Part shown: piece after piece, positions 31,522 through 41,710 of the stretch | Layout of the letters: each line of letters begins with the position of its first letter | Position numbering within the stretch: the first letter of the stretch is position 1 | NCBI GenBank assembly: GCA_965228895.1 | Contig: OZ245842.1 | Span: 352,001 to 416,000, forward strand | Direction of reading: 5' to 3' | Source: Alphaproteobacteria bacterium | GTDB taxonomy: Bacteria > Pseudomonadota > Alphaproteobacteria > SP197 | DNA: 64,000 nucleotides | Made by a program: the position numbers and the translations under genes | The notes under the pieces: generated by a model | The model's input: the letters and a program-made list of their open reading frames with translations, nothing else | The model's database searches: none | Told to the model about the DNA's origin: nothing

Positions 31522-32385
31522 TCAATACGGCTTGTCGCCGTTGATGGTGACGCGCCACATCAGCCGGCTCTCGTTCGGGTAGTCGTTGGCGGCGTAGTGC
31601 TGGGTGCAGCGGTTGTCCCAGAAGACGAGTGCGCCTTCGCTCCAGCGCACCCTGCAGGTGAACTCCGGCCGCACCATGTGCCGGTAGAGGAAGTCGAGGA
31701 TCGGCGCGGCTTCGTCGGATGTCATGCCGTCGATGCCACAGGTGAAATACTCGTTGACGAAGAGCGCCTTGCGCCCGGTCTCCGGATGGGTGCGCACCAG
31801 GGGATGGACGACCTTGTCCGGCGCCTCGGCAAAGGCGGCATCGCGGCCGTGCCCCTGAAACGCCGTGTGCTCGCCGCGCAAGCCGTCGAGTGTGCGGCGC
31901 ATCGTCGGCGAGAGGCTCTCGTAAGCGAGGTACATGTTGGCGAATAGCGTATCGCCGCCATAGGTCGGAATGGTTTTGGCGTAGAGAAGAGAGCCCAAGG
32001 ACGGGCGCTCCTCCCAGGTGATGTCGCTGTGCCAACGTCCGGCGAAGCGCGCCTCCTCGTTTTCTTCCGACCTGATCTGCATGATCTCCGGATGGCTTTC
32101 GAGGCCGGCCACGAACGGGTTGACGTGGAGATCGCCAAAGGTCCGGCCTAGGGCAACCAGCTCCTCCGGTCCGAGCTGTTGATCGCGAAAAACCAGAACC
32201 AGGTGATGAAGCAGCGCTTGGCGCAGCGCGCTTTTCATGTCGTCGGCGAGCGGCTTGGCGAGGTCGACGTCGTCGATCTCCGCGCCCAGTCCGCCGGTCA
32301 TAGGCCGAACGGAAAAGAGGCCGTGCTTCGGTGTGACGGCCTGATCGTCATGGGAAAGCGGCGGCAGATAGTCGAAGGCGGTCAT
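31522..32385 (-). CDS. TauD/TfdA-family 2-oxoglutarate-dependent dioxygenase
   Basis: WHSD, GGDTLFANMY, HPLVRTHPETGRKAL, WDNRCTQH. Confidence 0.92.
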   Translation of the reverse strand: MTAFDYLPPLSHDDQAVTPKHGLFSVRPMTGGLGAEIDDVDLAKPLADDMKSALRQALLHHLVLVFRDQQLGPEELVALGRTFGDLHVNPFVAGLESHPEIMQIRSEENEEARFAGRWHSDITWEERPSLGSLLYAKTIPTYGGDTLFANMYLAYESLSPTMRRTLDGLRGEHTAFQGHGRDAAFAEAPDKVVHPLVRTHPETGRKALFVNEYFTCGIDGMTSDEAAPILDFLYRHMVRPEFTCRVRWSEGALVFWDNRCTQHYAANDYPNESRLMWRVTINGDKPY

Positions 32386-32399
32386 GGCTCGGCCCTCCG

Positions 32400-33626
32400 T
32401 CAGCGGCCGTTGGTAAAGGCGCCTTCGCCGCGCACGGCATCGGCGACCTGTTTGTGAAAGTGGACGGTGCCGATGTCCCAATACGGCGCCAGGCGTCCGC
32501 CGTCATACGCATCGCAATGGCGGCCCTCCTGTAGGCGGCGGCAAATGTCTTCGTCCTCGAAGTTGAGGTTCGCCCAGTCGTCGTAAAGCGTCTGGCGGGC
32601 ATCCGCGAAGGCCGGCGCTTCAGCACCATCGCCGGCGAAATAGAACCACATGTGCATGTTGGTTTCGCCCGCCGAGACCGGTTCGAACAAGACGAGCTGC
32701 ACGTTGGCGGGGTAGATGTTGATGGCGGTATTGGGGAACAGCACGCTGTAGACCATCTTGCTGTGTAGCTGGTTGGGCAGGCCGTGGGGTTTCGGCAAGC
32801 CGACGCCGGACTTGTTGCCGAGCTGTCCATCGTCGACATCCTTGAACCAGTACTCCGTCGAGAGATGGCGCCCGGCGATGTCCATCGGCCGGCGCGACGC
32901 TTCGTCCCACGACATCGCGTCGTGCAGTGCCGGATGCACCTTAAAGACGTGGTAGTTGTCGCAGTAGTTCTCGACAGCGAGTTTCCAGTTGCAGCTGAAC
33001 GAAAATGTCATGCGGTGGGCGCAGCGAAAGGCGTCGAGGTCGTAACCGTCGAACCGGTCGGCGCCGCCTGTGATGTAGTCTTCGAATGCGGGTGCCTTGC
33101 CGTCCAGGTTGACGAAGATCCAGTCGTGCCACACCGCCGTGCGCACGGGAAACAGGCAAGGCCGCTCGCCGCCGGCGTTACGGCCGTCATTGTGTTTGTC
33201 CGGGCCGTCATAGTTCGGGCGGTTCCTGAGCTCGCCGTCCATGCCGAAGGTCCAGGCATGATAGGGGCAGGTCATGACCGGTTGCCGGGTCACCGACTCG
33301 GTCAGGAGCCGCGCACCACGATGGGGGCAGACGTTGTGGAAGGCGTGGATCTCGCCGTCCTGGGCGTGGCTCACAATGAGTGATCGGCCGGCGACATCGA
33401 CCGGGCGCGCGTCGCCCTTGTTGGCGATATCGCTGACAAGGCCGGCGAGGAGCCAGCTGCGTGGAAAGAGCGTTTTGCGCTCCAGTTCAAAGAACGCTTC
33501 GGAGGTGAAGGCTTCGTTGGGCAGGCCGCGCGTTTCTTCCGTCGGCTTGCCGAAGCCGGCCATCAGCTCGTCCGTCAGAACGGCGTGGGCGTCGCCGTTT
33601 GCGCCATTAGCTCCGTTGAATGTCAT
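32400..33626 (-). CDS. Rieske oxygenase alpha subunit, R3
   Basis: CPHRG...CPYH; NWKLAVENYCDNYHVFKVH; YDGGRLAPYWD. Confidence 0.9.
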   Translation of the reverse strand: MTFNGANGANGDAHAVLTDELMAGFGKPTEETRGLPNEAFTSEAFFELERKTLFPRSWLLAGLVSDIANKGDARPVDVAGRSLIVSHAQDGEIHAFHNVCPHRGARLLTESVTRQPVMTCPYHAWTFGMDGELRNRPNYDGPDKHNDGRNAGGERPCLFPVRTAVWHDWIFVNLDGKAPAFEDYITGGADRFDGYDLDAFRCAHRMTFSFSCNWKLAVENYCDNYHVFKVHPALHDAMSWDEASRRPMDIAGRHLSTEYWFKDVDDGQLGNKSGVGLPKPHGLPNQLHSKMVYSVLFPNTAINIYPANVQLVLFEPVSAGETNMHMWFYFAGDGAEAPAFADARQTLYDDWANLNFEDEDICRRLQEGRHCDAYDGGRLAPYWDIGTVHFHKQVADAVRGEGAFTNGR

Positions 33627-33661
33627 ATTCAGCTCTCCTGCTCGAAGGCCACGGCCGCTGG

Positions 33662-35740
33662 TCACGGCATGGCGAACGTTTCCGTCAGTTCGACGAGTTC
33701 GCGGTTGAACGGGATGGCATCGCCCAAGGGTTCGCCGAGATCCCGGGCGAAGCGGTGACCGCTGTAGACAGCCGCCGCGATCGTGCCCGGGGCCAAGCCA
33801 TCGCCAATTCGGGTGACGCGGCGTATGCCCGCATCCTTAAGCGCGACGTCGTCGGCCATGAGATTGTGGTAGAGACCATCGTTGGCCAGTGGTGCGGTGA
33901 CCAGCACCGCATGGCCGCAGGCCCGCTCAAACGACTGGCCGCCGAAGATCGGCTTGATCGAGACCGATCCATCGCCGACCTCCGTCACCGCGTGCTTGGC
34001 CAGGACCTCGATGCCCGCATCGTGCATGCGCGTCTGGATGCGGCCAAGCTCCAGGGTGTACTGGGTCCATGTGGAGACATAGGCGCCGGTCGTCACCAGG
34101 GTGACGTCACGGCCATCGGCAGCGAGTTTCTCCGCGATGACGCCGCCCAGATAGTAGTGGTCGTCGTCAAACACGATGACGGGTCCCTCGACCGTGGCGC
34201 CGTCCATGATGTCATCGGGGGTCAGCACGCGTTGGGCGTTTTCGACCGCGCCCGGCATCGGGAACTCGTGATGGCGGCCGCCGCCGTCGCGCCGCCATGT
34301 CGCGCCGGTCGCCGTGGCGACCAGGGAGCAGCCGGTTTCGCGGACTTGGTCGGCATCGAGGCGGCTGTCCATGAAGACCTCGACATTCGGCATCTTCTGG
34401 ATCTGGCCGACGCGCCAGTCGCGCACGCGGCCCCAGGCGGACAGGCCGGGCAGGCGGCTCTCGCGCGCCGACCGGCCGCCGAGTTCGGTGCCGGCCTCCG
34501 CCAGCATGACGTCATAGCCGCGCTGGCCGAGGGCGCGGGCGGCTTCCAGGCCCGCCGGTCCTGCGCCGACCACCAGAACACGGTCGTCGGTGTCTTTCGA
34601 TGCGATGCGTTCGGGGTGCCAGCCCTTGCGCCATTCCTCGCCCTTGGTCGGGTTCTGGGTGCAGCGCATGGGCACGCCCAGATTGTCGCTGGCGACGCAG
34701 ATGTTGCAGCCGATGCACTCGCGAATGTCGTCGATGCGGCCCTCCTCGATCTTCTTGGGCAGGAAAGGATCGGCGATCGACGGGCGTGCGGCGCCGATCA
34801 TGTCGAGCACGCCCTTCTTAATCAGGCTGACCATGCGGTCGGGCGACGTGTAACGACCGACGCCGACCACAGGTTTCGACGTCAGCTGTTTGACGAACTT
34901 GATGTAGGGCTCCTGGAAACCCTCTTCGGCGAAGCGCGAGGTGATGGAGTCGTTATCCCAATCACTACAGTTGACGTCCCAGAGATCGGGCAACTCGCCC
35001 AACATCTCGATGACCTCCTGGCCCTCGCGTTCGGCCAGCATCCCCTTGTCGCCGAGCAGTTCGTCGACGGCAAGGCGCACGACCACGCCCATGGTGTCGC
35101 CGACCGCCTCCTTGGTGTCTTCGATGACTTCACGGAGCAGGCGCGCACGGTTCTCCATCGAACCGCCGTATTCGTCCGTGCGTTGATTGTGGCGCGGCGA
35201 CAGGAAGTGCATGGCCAGCGACAGGTCGTGGCCGGCATAGACGCAGACGATGTCGAAGCCTGCTTTCTTGGCGTTGAGCGCGGCATTGCGGTGCCAGCGC
35301 CGGTAGTCCGCGATGTCCTGCTTGTCCATGGCGCGGGCATGCACGGGATTGATGCCGAGCGCGGGCTTGGCCGAGGGCGCCATCGGCACCTCGCGGCTGG
35401 TCAGGTTTTGGGCGTGATAGCCCATGTGAGTCAGTTCGACACCGGCCAGGCTACCGTGCTCGTGCACCAGATCGGTCATGCGCGCCAGCGTCGGAATGTC
35501 ACGCTCGTCCCACAGGCGGATCTCGCGGCTGGTCTCCGTCGTCGGGTGGATGTCGCATTGCTCGGTGCACAGGACCGCCCAGCCGCCTTCCGCCTTGACC
35601 CCGCGCATCACCGCCATCGCTGTCGGGTGGTTGCGACCCATGCCATTGCAGTGGGGCACCTGATAGAAGCGGTTCCTCGCCGTCACCGGCCCGATCTGGA
35701 CGGGCTCGAACAGGACGTCGTAACGGGGATCACGGCTCAT
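33662..35740 (-). CDS. Trimethylamine/histamine dehydrogenase-family iron-sulfur flavoprotein
   Basis: NRFYQVPHCNGMG (cysteinyl-FMN Cys), VYAGH, ECIGCNICV...CTQN 4Fe-4S, GAGPAG; start taken at ATG 35740. Confidence 0.9.
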   Translation of the reverse strand: MSRDPRYDVLFEPVQIGPVTARNRFYQVPHCNGMGRNHPTAMAVMRGVKAEGGWAVLCTEQCDIHPTTETSREIRLWDERDIPTLARMTDLVHEHGSLAGVELTHMGYHAQNLTSREVPMAPSAKPALGINPVHARAMDKQDIADYRRWHRNAALNAKKAGFDIVCVYAGHDLSLAMHFLSPRHNQRTDEYGGSMENRARLLREVIEDTKEAVGDTMGVVVRLAVDELLGDKGMLAEREGQEVIEMLGELPDLWDVNCSDWDNDSITSRFAEEGFQEPYIKFVKQLTSKPVVGVGRYTSPDRMVSLIKKGVLDMIGAARPSIADPFLPKKIEEGRIDDIRECIGCNICVASDNLGVPMRCTQNPTKGEEWRKGWHPERIASKDTDDRVLVVGAGPAGLEAARALGQRGYDVMLAEAGTELGGRSARESRLPGLSAWGRVRDWRVGQIQKMPNVEVFMDSRLDADQVRETGCSLVATATGATWRRDGGGRHHEFPMPGAVENAQRVLTPDDIMDGATVEGPVIVFDDDHYYLGGVIAEKLAADGRDVTLVTTGAYVSTWTQYTLELGRIQTRMHDAGIEVLAKHAVTEVGDGSVSIKPIFGGQSFERACGHAVLVTAPLANDGLYHNLMADDVALKDAGIRRVTRIGDGLAPGTIAAAVYSGHRFARDLGEPLGDAIPFNRELVELTETFAMP

Positions 35741-35797
35741 GATGCGGTCGTATCCTTCCTTGGGCACGCCATCGGACGGTCTGGCGCCCAAATGCGC

Positions 35798-35814
35798 GTG
35801 AAATTTTGGTTCAA
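35798..35814. promoter_or_regulatory. TGAA-N7-TTCA putative operator
   Basis: GTGAA-ATTTTGG-TTCAA in a divergent promoter; same motif at 40349 and 40474. Confidence 0.5.
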
Positions 35815-35859
35815 TTGTTTCATGATGTCGAGTGAACGTTGTAACTACAGGAGACGACC

Positions 35860-36636
35860 ATGGCCCAGCCAGCCGTTGCGATCCACAAGGACAAGGCGAT
35901 GGATGCAGAGCGCAACCTGCGCATCGATCTCGCGGCCGCCTTCCGCCTGGCCGACCGGTTTGGCTGGTCCGAGCTGGTGTGGAACCATATGACCGCACGT
36001 TCGCCCGACAATCCCGGCCATTTTCTGATTAATCCCATGGGCGTGCGCTGGGACGAGATCACCGCCTCCATGCTGGTCAAGGTCGACATCGACGGCAATG
36101 TCATCGAAGGCGACGGCCTGGTGCCGAAGGCCGGCTTTGTCATCCACAGCGGCATCTTCGAGGCCCGCCCCGACATCAACGCCGTCGTCCACACCCACAC
36201 CAATGACGGCATCGCCGTCACGGCCCTGGAAGACGGGTTGCAGCCGATCTGTATGGAGGCGCTCTATTTCTACGACAACGCCGGCTACCATGACTTCGAA
36301 GGCACCAGCATGGATCTCGATGAACGAACGCGGCTCGCGAAGAGTCTGGGCGCCAACGAGGCGCTGATCCTCAGAAACCATGGGCTGCTGACCGTTGGGT
36401 CGTCCGTCGGCGAAGCCTTCACCTTGATGTACTGGCTGGAACGCGCTTGCGAAGTGCAGATGAAGGTGATGGCGAGCAACGCGGCCTGGCGGCCGGTTCC
36501 GAAGGCGATGTGCGAACACTACGCGCAACAGGAAACCGAACCGCGCGACATCACCGAGGACTTTCGTCCCGGCGTCCACGAATGGCCGGCCCTGGTGCGA
36601 CTCCTGGATCGAGACGATCCGTCCTATCGCGACTAG
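35860..36636 (+). CDS. Class II aldolase/adducin-family protein
   Basis: NHMTAR, GFVIHS, VVHTH, LILRNHG. Confidence 0.9.
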   Translation: MAQPAVAIHKDKAMDAERNLRIDLAAAFRLADRFGWSELVWNHMTARSPDNPGHFLINPMGVRWDEITASMLVKVDIDGNVIEGDGLVPKAGFVIHSGIFEARPDINAVVHTHTNDGIAVTALEDGLQPICMEALYFYDNAGYHDFEGTSMDLDERTRLAKSLGANEALILRNHGLLTVGSSVGEAFTLMYWLERACEVQMKVMASNAAWRPVPKAMCEHYAQQETEPRDITEDFRPGVHEWPALVRLLDRDDPSYRD

Positions 36637-37463
36637 CTCGCCGCATCGGCACCGGTTCGGTCAATCTGGTCAGCGCCCAGTTCACGTGTCATCTCAACGA
36701 GTCGGGGGCCGATCTGCTCGCGCATGGTCGACTCGCTGAGAACGAAGGACGGCGCACCGCAGTTGAGCGCCAGTGGTGTTCCGCCGGGAAACCGCAACGG
36801 TACGGCGACGGCGTGGATTTCCGGACGCCAGTCGCCCAAAGAGATGCAGAAGCCGTCGCGTTGCACACTCTCGTTCGCTGCCGTGATGCCGCGCTCGATC
36901 TTGCGTGTCAGAACGCCTTCTGACTGCAGCGTCGTCATGGTGCGGGCCAACGCATCCGTATCGAGCGCGGCCAGATAGGCCCGGCCCATGGCGGTGCGCT
37001 CCATCGGCATCTGGGAACCGAAGGAAAACTTGAGCACCAGCGCGCCCGAACCGGGCACGTGCTCGACATACGTCATCTTGGCGCCGGCCGGCGCGGCAAT
37101 CGCCACCGATGCGCCGGACTGTTCGGCCAGCTCACGCATCAGCGGCCGGGCCCGTTCGCGGATGCTGAGCGTCGACAGCAGGGGTGCGGCCAAGGCGATC
37201 AGGCCGGCGGCGAGGCTATAGGTCCCGGTGCGCTCGGCGTAAGTCAGGTATCCAAGGCGCGTCAGCGTGTTGGTCAGGCGTGAGACCGTCGGTTTTGAAA
37301 GCCCGGTCCGCTCGACGATCTCCGTGTTGCTGAGGTCTGCATCGGCCTCACCGAACGCGCGCAGGATATCGAAGCCGCGCTCCAGCGCGACAACGTATTG
37401 CGGATCGCGGCCCTTCGCCGCGCTCTCGGCCGGTTCGCTCGAATAGTCCCGTCGTCTGCTCAC
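36633..37463 (-). CDS. IclR-family transcriptional regulator
   Basis: ALERGFDIL, TGLSKPTVSRLT, TAMGRAYL. Confidence 0.92.
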   Translation of the reverse strand: MSRRRDYSSEPAESAAKGRDPQYVVALERGFDILRAFGEADADLSNTEIVERTGLSKPTVSRLTNTLTRLGYLTYAERTGTYSLAAGLIALAAPLLSTLSIRERARPLMRELAEQSGASVAIAAPAGAKMTYVEHVPGSGALVLKFSFGSQMPMERTAMGRAYLAALDTDALARTMTTLQSEGVLTRKIERGITAANESVQRDGFCISLGDWRPEIHAVAVPLRFPGGTPLALNCGAPSFVLSESTMREQIGPRLVEMTRELGADQIDRTGADAAS

Positions 37464-37540
37464 GTCATAAACGTCCCCAAGAATCCTGCCAATTGAACCA
37501 GACTCGGCCGAAGAAATCTTGTGAAACTAAATTTTGCTTT

Positions 37541-37556
37541 ATTTCTGAAGTGAAAT
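37541..37556. promoter_or_regulatory. Putative IclR operator
   Basis: Inverted repeat ATTTC-TGAAGT-GAAAT between the iclR gene and the SBP gene. Confidence 0.45.
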
Positions 37557-37610
37557 CTAGAATCATAATTTTCAAACCGGTGTGCCGGTCAATCATCGAG
37601 GGAGGACAAG

Positions 37611-38606
37611 ATGGTCATGCAAGGGGCAAGGAACTGGTTGACGAGCGCGGCTATGGCGCTCGCGTTGGGCGTTTCGGCGCCGGCGGCTCTGGCCGAGGCG
37701 CCGGAATCCGACGAAACCATCAAGCTCGGCGTCAACGAGTGGACGACGCAACAGGTCATCACGCGTGTCGCCCACCAGCTCCTGGAGGAGATGGGCTACA
37801 ACGTCGAATCGGTCACCATCGGCTATTACCCGCAGGTCGAGGCGATGGTTCAGAACGACATTACGGCAACGCTGGAGCTATGGCCCAACAACATTGGCGA
37901 GGGCATTTATGAGGCGCTCGACAACGGCGAACTCGTTCACTTGGGCAACCACGACATCGAAGGCGGCGGCCAGTACTACTATCCCGCCTACATGGAGGAG
38001 CAATGTCCGGGCCTGCCCGATTACAACGCGCTGAAGAACTGCATCGACCTCTTCGTGTCGCCGGATACCGCGCCGTCGGGCCGCTTTGTTGGTTATCCTG
38101 CCGACTGGGGCCAGGTGTTCTATGAAGAGCGGTTCGAGGCGCTGGGTCTGGATCTGGTTCCGATTGCTGCCGGCGGCGAAGGCGCGCTGATTGCGGAGAT
38201 GAAAAGCGCATGGGAGCGCCAGGCGCCGCTCCTGATTCACTTCTGGACCCCGCACTGGGTCTTCAGCGAGTACGACTACAGAGTTCTCGAGATGCCGCTC
38301 GACGACTCGATCACCTACGAAAACTGCTTCAACGACCCGGCCTGGGGGCCGAATCCCGACATGACCCATGACTGCGGCCAGGCACCGCAAAAGGGTATCT
38401 TCAAAGCGGCCAATCCCGGCATCGACGAGACATGGCCGGCCGCCGCGGAGCTGCTGCGGCAACTTTCCTTCACCAACGAGGACGCCACATGGATGCTGGT
38501 CGAGGTCGATCAGGGCGGCCTGAGTCAGGATGAGGCTGCCGCCAAGTGGATCGAAGAGAACCGGGACAAGGTCAACGGCTGGATGGACGCGGCCGCCGGT
38601 TCGTGA
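37611..38606 (+). CDS. Betaine/TMAO-type ABC substrate-binding protein (OpuAC family)
   Basis: Signal peptide; NEWTTQ, LELW, YPADWG, FWTPHW. Confidence 0.85.
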   Translation: MVMQGARNWLTSAAMALALGVSAPAALAEAPESDETIKLGVNEWTTQQVITRVAHQLLEEMGYNVESVTIGYYPQVEAMVQNDITATLELWPNNIGEGIYEALDNGELVHLGNHDIEGGGQYYYPAYMEEQCPGLPDYNALKNCIDLFVSPDTAPSGRFVGYPADWGQVFYEERFEALGLDLVPIAAGGEGALIAEMKSAWERQAPLLIHFWTPHWVFSEYDYRVLEMPLDDSITYENCFNDPAWGPNPDMTHDCGQAPQKGIFKAANPGIDETWPAAAELLRQLSFTNEDATWMLVEVDQGGLSQDEAAAKWIEENRDKVNGWMDAAAGS

Positions 38607-38639
38607 CCACCGGCACGAAGGTCACCGTCGTTCATTTCT

Positions 38640-38671
38640 GGAGCGGCCCGTTGGGGCCGCTCCCTTTATTT
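38640..38671 (+). terminator. Rho-independent terminator
   Basis: GGAGCGGCCC-GTTG-GGGCCGCTCC followed by CTTTATTT. Confidence 0.75.
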
Positions 38672-38696
38672 GGCGTTAGATCCGCAGTTGGGGCGA

Positions 38697-39086
38697 TCAG
38701 CCTGGGTCGAGCTTCGGCGCTGCCGCCTTGCAATAGGCCATCTTGCGGATGAGCTTGTCACCGCGGAAATGGAGGAGGTCGAGGCCGCGCAGCTTCACAG
38801 GCTTGCCGTCGACCTCCATGTTGAGCGTCCAGCTCGCCATCACCTTGTCGGTCTCCGGCTCGGCGAAGAAGTCCTCATCGTCGAACCGGATCGCGCCACG
38901 GTCGCCACAGACCAGGGGCACAAAGGCGTCGCGAATCGCGGAGGGTCCGCTGTGGCTGCCGCCGTTGGAGTCTTCGTAAACGGCGTCCTCGGCAAAGAAC
39001 GATGCCACGCTGTCGATGTCCTGGCGGTTGAACGCGTCGACGAACTGCTTCGTCAAGTCCTCAAGTTCCGTGCGGCGATTTGCCAT
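38697..39086 (-). CDS. SnoaL/NTF2-like protein
   Basis: FVDAFNRQD, FAEDAVY, RGLDLLHFRGDKLIRK. Confidence 0.85.
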   Translation of the reverse strand: MANRRTELEDLTKQFVDAFNRQDIDSVASFFAEDAVYEDSNGGSHSGPSAIRDAFVPLVCGDRGAIRFDDEDFFAEPETDKVMASWTLNMEVDGKPVKLRGLDLLHFRGDKLIRKMAYCKAAAPKLDPG

Positions 39087-39175
39087 GAGCGCCTCCCTCT
39101 CTGTCGTGTCGTTCGTGTCGTGCAATGGGCGCGCCGAGCGCCGCCTGGCACGTTAGCCTGACGTCCCGTTGCCAC

Positions 39176-40294
39176 TCAACTGGCCAATGCTTCCTTGTAG
39201 TGCCGCCACGTGATCGCGTTGAAGTGCTGCGTGGCCTCCTCGCGGGCGTGGACGTAGCGGTTGTAGGGCTGACGCGCGGTCCTGATGTTCGCGTACTGAT
39301 CGGCGGTGATCTCGTTGTCTTCTCGGTAGGTCTGGTCCCAAAGCTCTATCCAGGCATCGACTCTGTCCGGATCGCTGTCGCGGTCGCCCAGATAATGGGT
39401 GACGTGCTGCGTGAGCCCGGGCGCGACGGGCACCATGCCGGTCATGTGAAGGAGGTCGTCGTGTTCGATCAGCACGATGCCGGGAAACACCTGGTAGGAC
39501 CGGAATGTCTGGCTGGTGAGCTGGTTGCTAACGACCTTCGGTTGGGGTTTCCAAGTATTGGTCATGAAGCCGTCGCCGTAGATGGCGTCGGTATCCTCCG
39601 GCGCGGAGCGAAAGGCAGCACCGAAGGACTCGCCGTGAATGTTGGGGCAGTGGTAGCACTCCGTGCCGTTGTCGTACCAGAGCTTCCAGTTTGTCCCGAT
39701 CTCGTAGGTGATCTCCTTACGCATGACATAGCGGTCGGGGTCGGGGCAGAAGTCCTGACCGTCATAGACATCGGCAAAGGCCGAATGACTCTCTCGGAAC
39801 GGGCGAGCGTCGGCGTCCGGATTGACCACGATCGCCGGTCCGAACTGTTCGACGGCAACGGGCATGAGCGAGAGTTTGCTGCGACAGAATCCGGCCTCAG
39901 CTTCGGCGTCTGGTGCGTTGGCCAGTGTGCCGTCCAGATTGTAGGACCAGCCGTGATAGCGGCAGACGAGCCTCAGGCATTTCGACCGGTCATGCTCGGC
40001 CACCGTATAGCCGCGATGGCGGCAGACGTTGAGGAAGGCGCGTAGTTCGCCTTCGCGGTCACGCGTGACGACGATTGGGTACTTGCCCATCTGGCGCACG
40101 ACCACATCGCCGGGTTCGGCGAGTTTGTGGACTGGGCCAAAGTAGAGCCAGTTCTTAGAAAAAATGGCCTCCATCTCGAAGTCGTAGATGGCGGGGTCCC
40201 AGTAGAACCGGGTCGGCAGGCTCCAGTTGGCAGCCAGGCGCGCGTCGACCTCGGCGACATCAATGTCCAAGTTCTGGGCTGCGTTCGCGACCAT
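39176..40294 (-). CDS. Rieske oxygenase alpha subunit (ECYHC type), R4
   Basis: CRHRG...CRYH; NWKLWYDNGTECYHCPNIH; paralog of R2. Confidence 0.9.
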   Translation of the reverse strand: MVANAAQNLDIDVAEVDARLAANWSLPTRFYWDPAIYDFEMEAIFSKNWLYFGPVHKLAEPGDVVVRQMGKYPIVVTRDREGELRAFLNVCRHRGYTVAEHDRSKCLRLVCRYHGWSYNLDGTLANAPDAEAEAGFCRSKLSLMPVAVEQFGPAIVVNPDADARPFRESHSAFADVYDGQDFCPDPDRYVMRKEITYEIGTNWKLWYDNGTECYHCPNIHGESFGAAFRSAPEDTDAIYGDGFMTNTWKPQPKVVSNQLTSQTFRSYQVFPGIVLIEHDDLLHMTGMVPVAPGLTQHVTHYLGDRDSDPDRVDAWIELWDQTYREDNEITADQYANIRTARQPYNRYVHAREEATQHFNAITWRHYKEALAS

Positions 40295-40348
40295 AGCCGG
40301 ACCTCCCTTCAGGTTTGTCGGAACAGCCTAATCCTCACTATGAAAATT

Positions 40349-40490
40349 GTGAACCATATTTTCACGAAGAGTTTCCGACCATCAGATTCCATGTGATATT
40401 CGGCTCGTTTTCCGGATGTTCAGGGCATCCGCAGCGTGAGCGGCCATGGCCGGAGTGGCGGATTTCGCATTGTGTGAAATGAAATTTCAT
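40349..40490. promoter_or_regulatory. Divergent promoter with two TGAA-N7-TTCA boxes
   Basis: GTGAA-CCATATT-TTCAC (40349-40365) and GTGAA-ATGAAAT-TTCAT (40474-40490). Confidence 0.55.
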
Positions 40491-40510
40491 GGAATGCTTT
40501 TCACGATGAC

Positions 40511-41710
40511 ATGCAAGACGAACCCATGAAGGTCGACTTGACCAGCGGAAGTGCGCGTATTCGCGAGCTCTTGGGCGAGCCCGCGCTTGAGCGGCTCCAT
40601 GCGGATGTCGCTGGCGGCAGCGGTTTGCCCAACCTGGCCTACATCAGCGCCGAATGGCTCGACCTGGAGCGGCGGCACTTGATGTTTCCGTTGTGGATGC
40701 TGGCGGGCTTTGAAAGCCAGATCCCCGACATCGGCGATGCGCTGCCGGTGACCGTTGCCGGTTGCCCCATCGTGCTGCTGCGTCAGCACGACGGCGGCAT
40801 TCGTGCCTTCCACAACGTCTGCCGCCATCGCGGTGCGGTCATCGTGACAGAACCCTGCCGGGGGCTCGCCGCATTGACCTGCCCCTATCATGCCTGGGCC
40901 TATGGCCTGGACGGCACGATCCGCACACGGCCGCACTTCCATGGCGGTGGCCAGCACGACGTGACAAAAAAGAACAACGGCCGCGCCAACCTCGTCGAGG
41001 TTCGCTGCGACACATGGCGCGGTGTCCTCTTCGTTAACATTGACGGCAACGCGCCATCTCTTGCCGATCACATGGCGCCGATCGACAACCATCTGGACGG
41101 CTGGGCGCCGCAGCCGCTCGCTTATGGCGGCTCGCTGACCTACGACATCGCAGCGAACTGGAAACACGTTCACGAGAACTTTGTCGACGTCTACCACAAG
41201 TTTGCCATCCATCCGGAGCTCTGCGCCTTCGCGCCCTTGGAAAACAGCAATCCCATGGTGCCGATCGCCGATCACATCCTGAAAACATGGCATCTGATCG
41301 CCGAACCCCATGAGGGCCGCGGCAAGGGTCTGCCTTTCTTGCCGGGCTTGCCGGATGTCCTGCATCGCGAAGGCCGCATGTTCACCATGATACCTACGTG
41401 TGACATCAATCTGTGGCCCGACCACATCGCCTTCCTGGTTGCCGAGCCCACGGGACCCGGCACGGCGCGCGAAACCATTCACATTCTGTTCAGCGAAGAG
41501 GCCATGTCGGGGCAATTCGACGACGCGCGACAGAAGGTGATGGACACATGGGACGCACTCAATCGCCAGGACATTGCGCCGCTTGAGTCCATGCAACGCG
41601 GACGCGCCTCGCCGGGCTTCGACGGCGGCAGCCTGTCGCCGTTTTGGGATTCCGGCACCCAGTATCTCGCGTGCCAGATCGCATCGTTGATGGTTGGGAC
41701 GAAGGCATGA
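40511..41710 (+). CDS. Rieske oxygenase alpha subunit, R5
   Basis: CRHRG...CPYH; ENFVDVYHKFAIH; FDGGSLSPFWD. Confidence 0.9.
   Translation: MQDEPMKVDLTSGSARIRELLGEPALERLHADVAGGSGLPNLAYISAEWLDLERRHLMFPLWMLAGFESQIPDIGDALPVTVAGCPIVLLRQHDGGIRAFHNVCRHRGAVIVTEPCRGLAALTCPYHAWAYGLDGTIRTRPHFHGGGQHDVTKKNNGRANLVEVRCDTWRGVLFVNIDGNAPSLADHMAPIDNHLDGWAPQPLAYGGSLTYDIAANWKHVHENFVDVYHKFAIHPELCAFAPLENSNPMVPIADHILKTWHLIAEPHEGRGKGLPFLPGLPDVLHREGRMFTMIPTCDINLWPDHIAFLVAEPTGPGTARETIHILFSEEAMSGQFDDARQKVMDTWDALNRQDIAPLESMQRGRASPGFDGGSLSPFWDSGTQYLACQIASLMVGTKA

Noticed and set aside
33620-35992. 790-aa plus-strand ORF
   Set aside because: Antisense shadow of the TMADH-like gene in GC-rich DNA; no motifs
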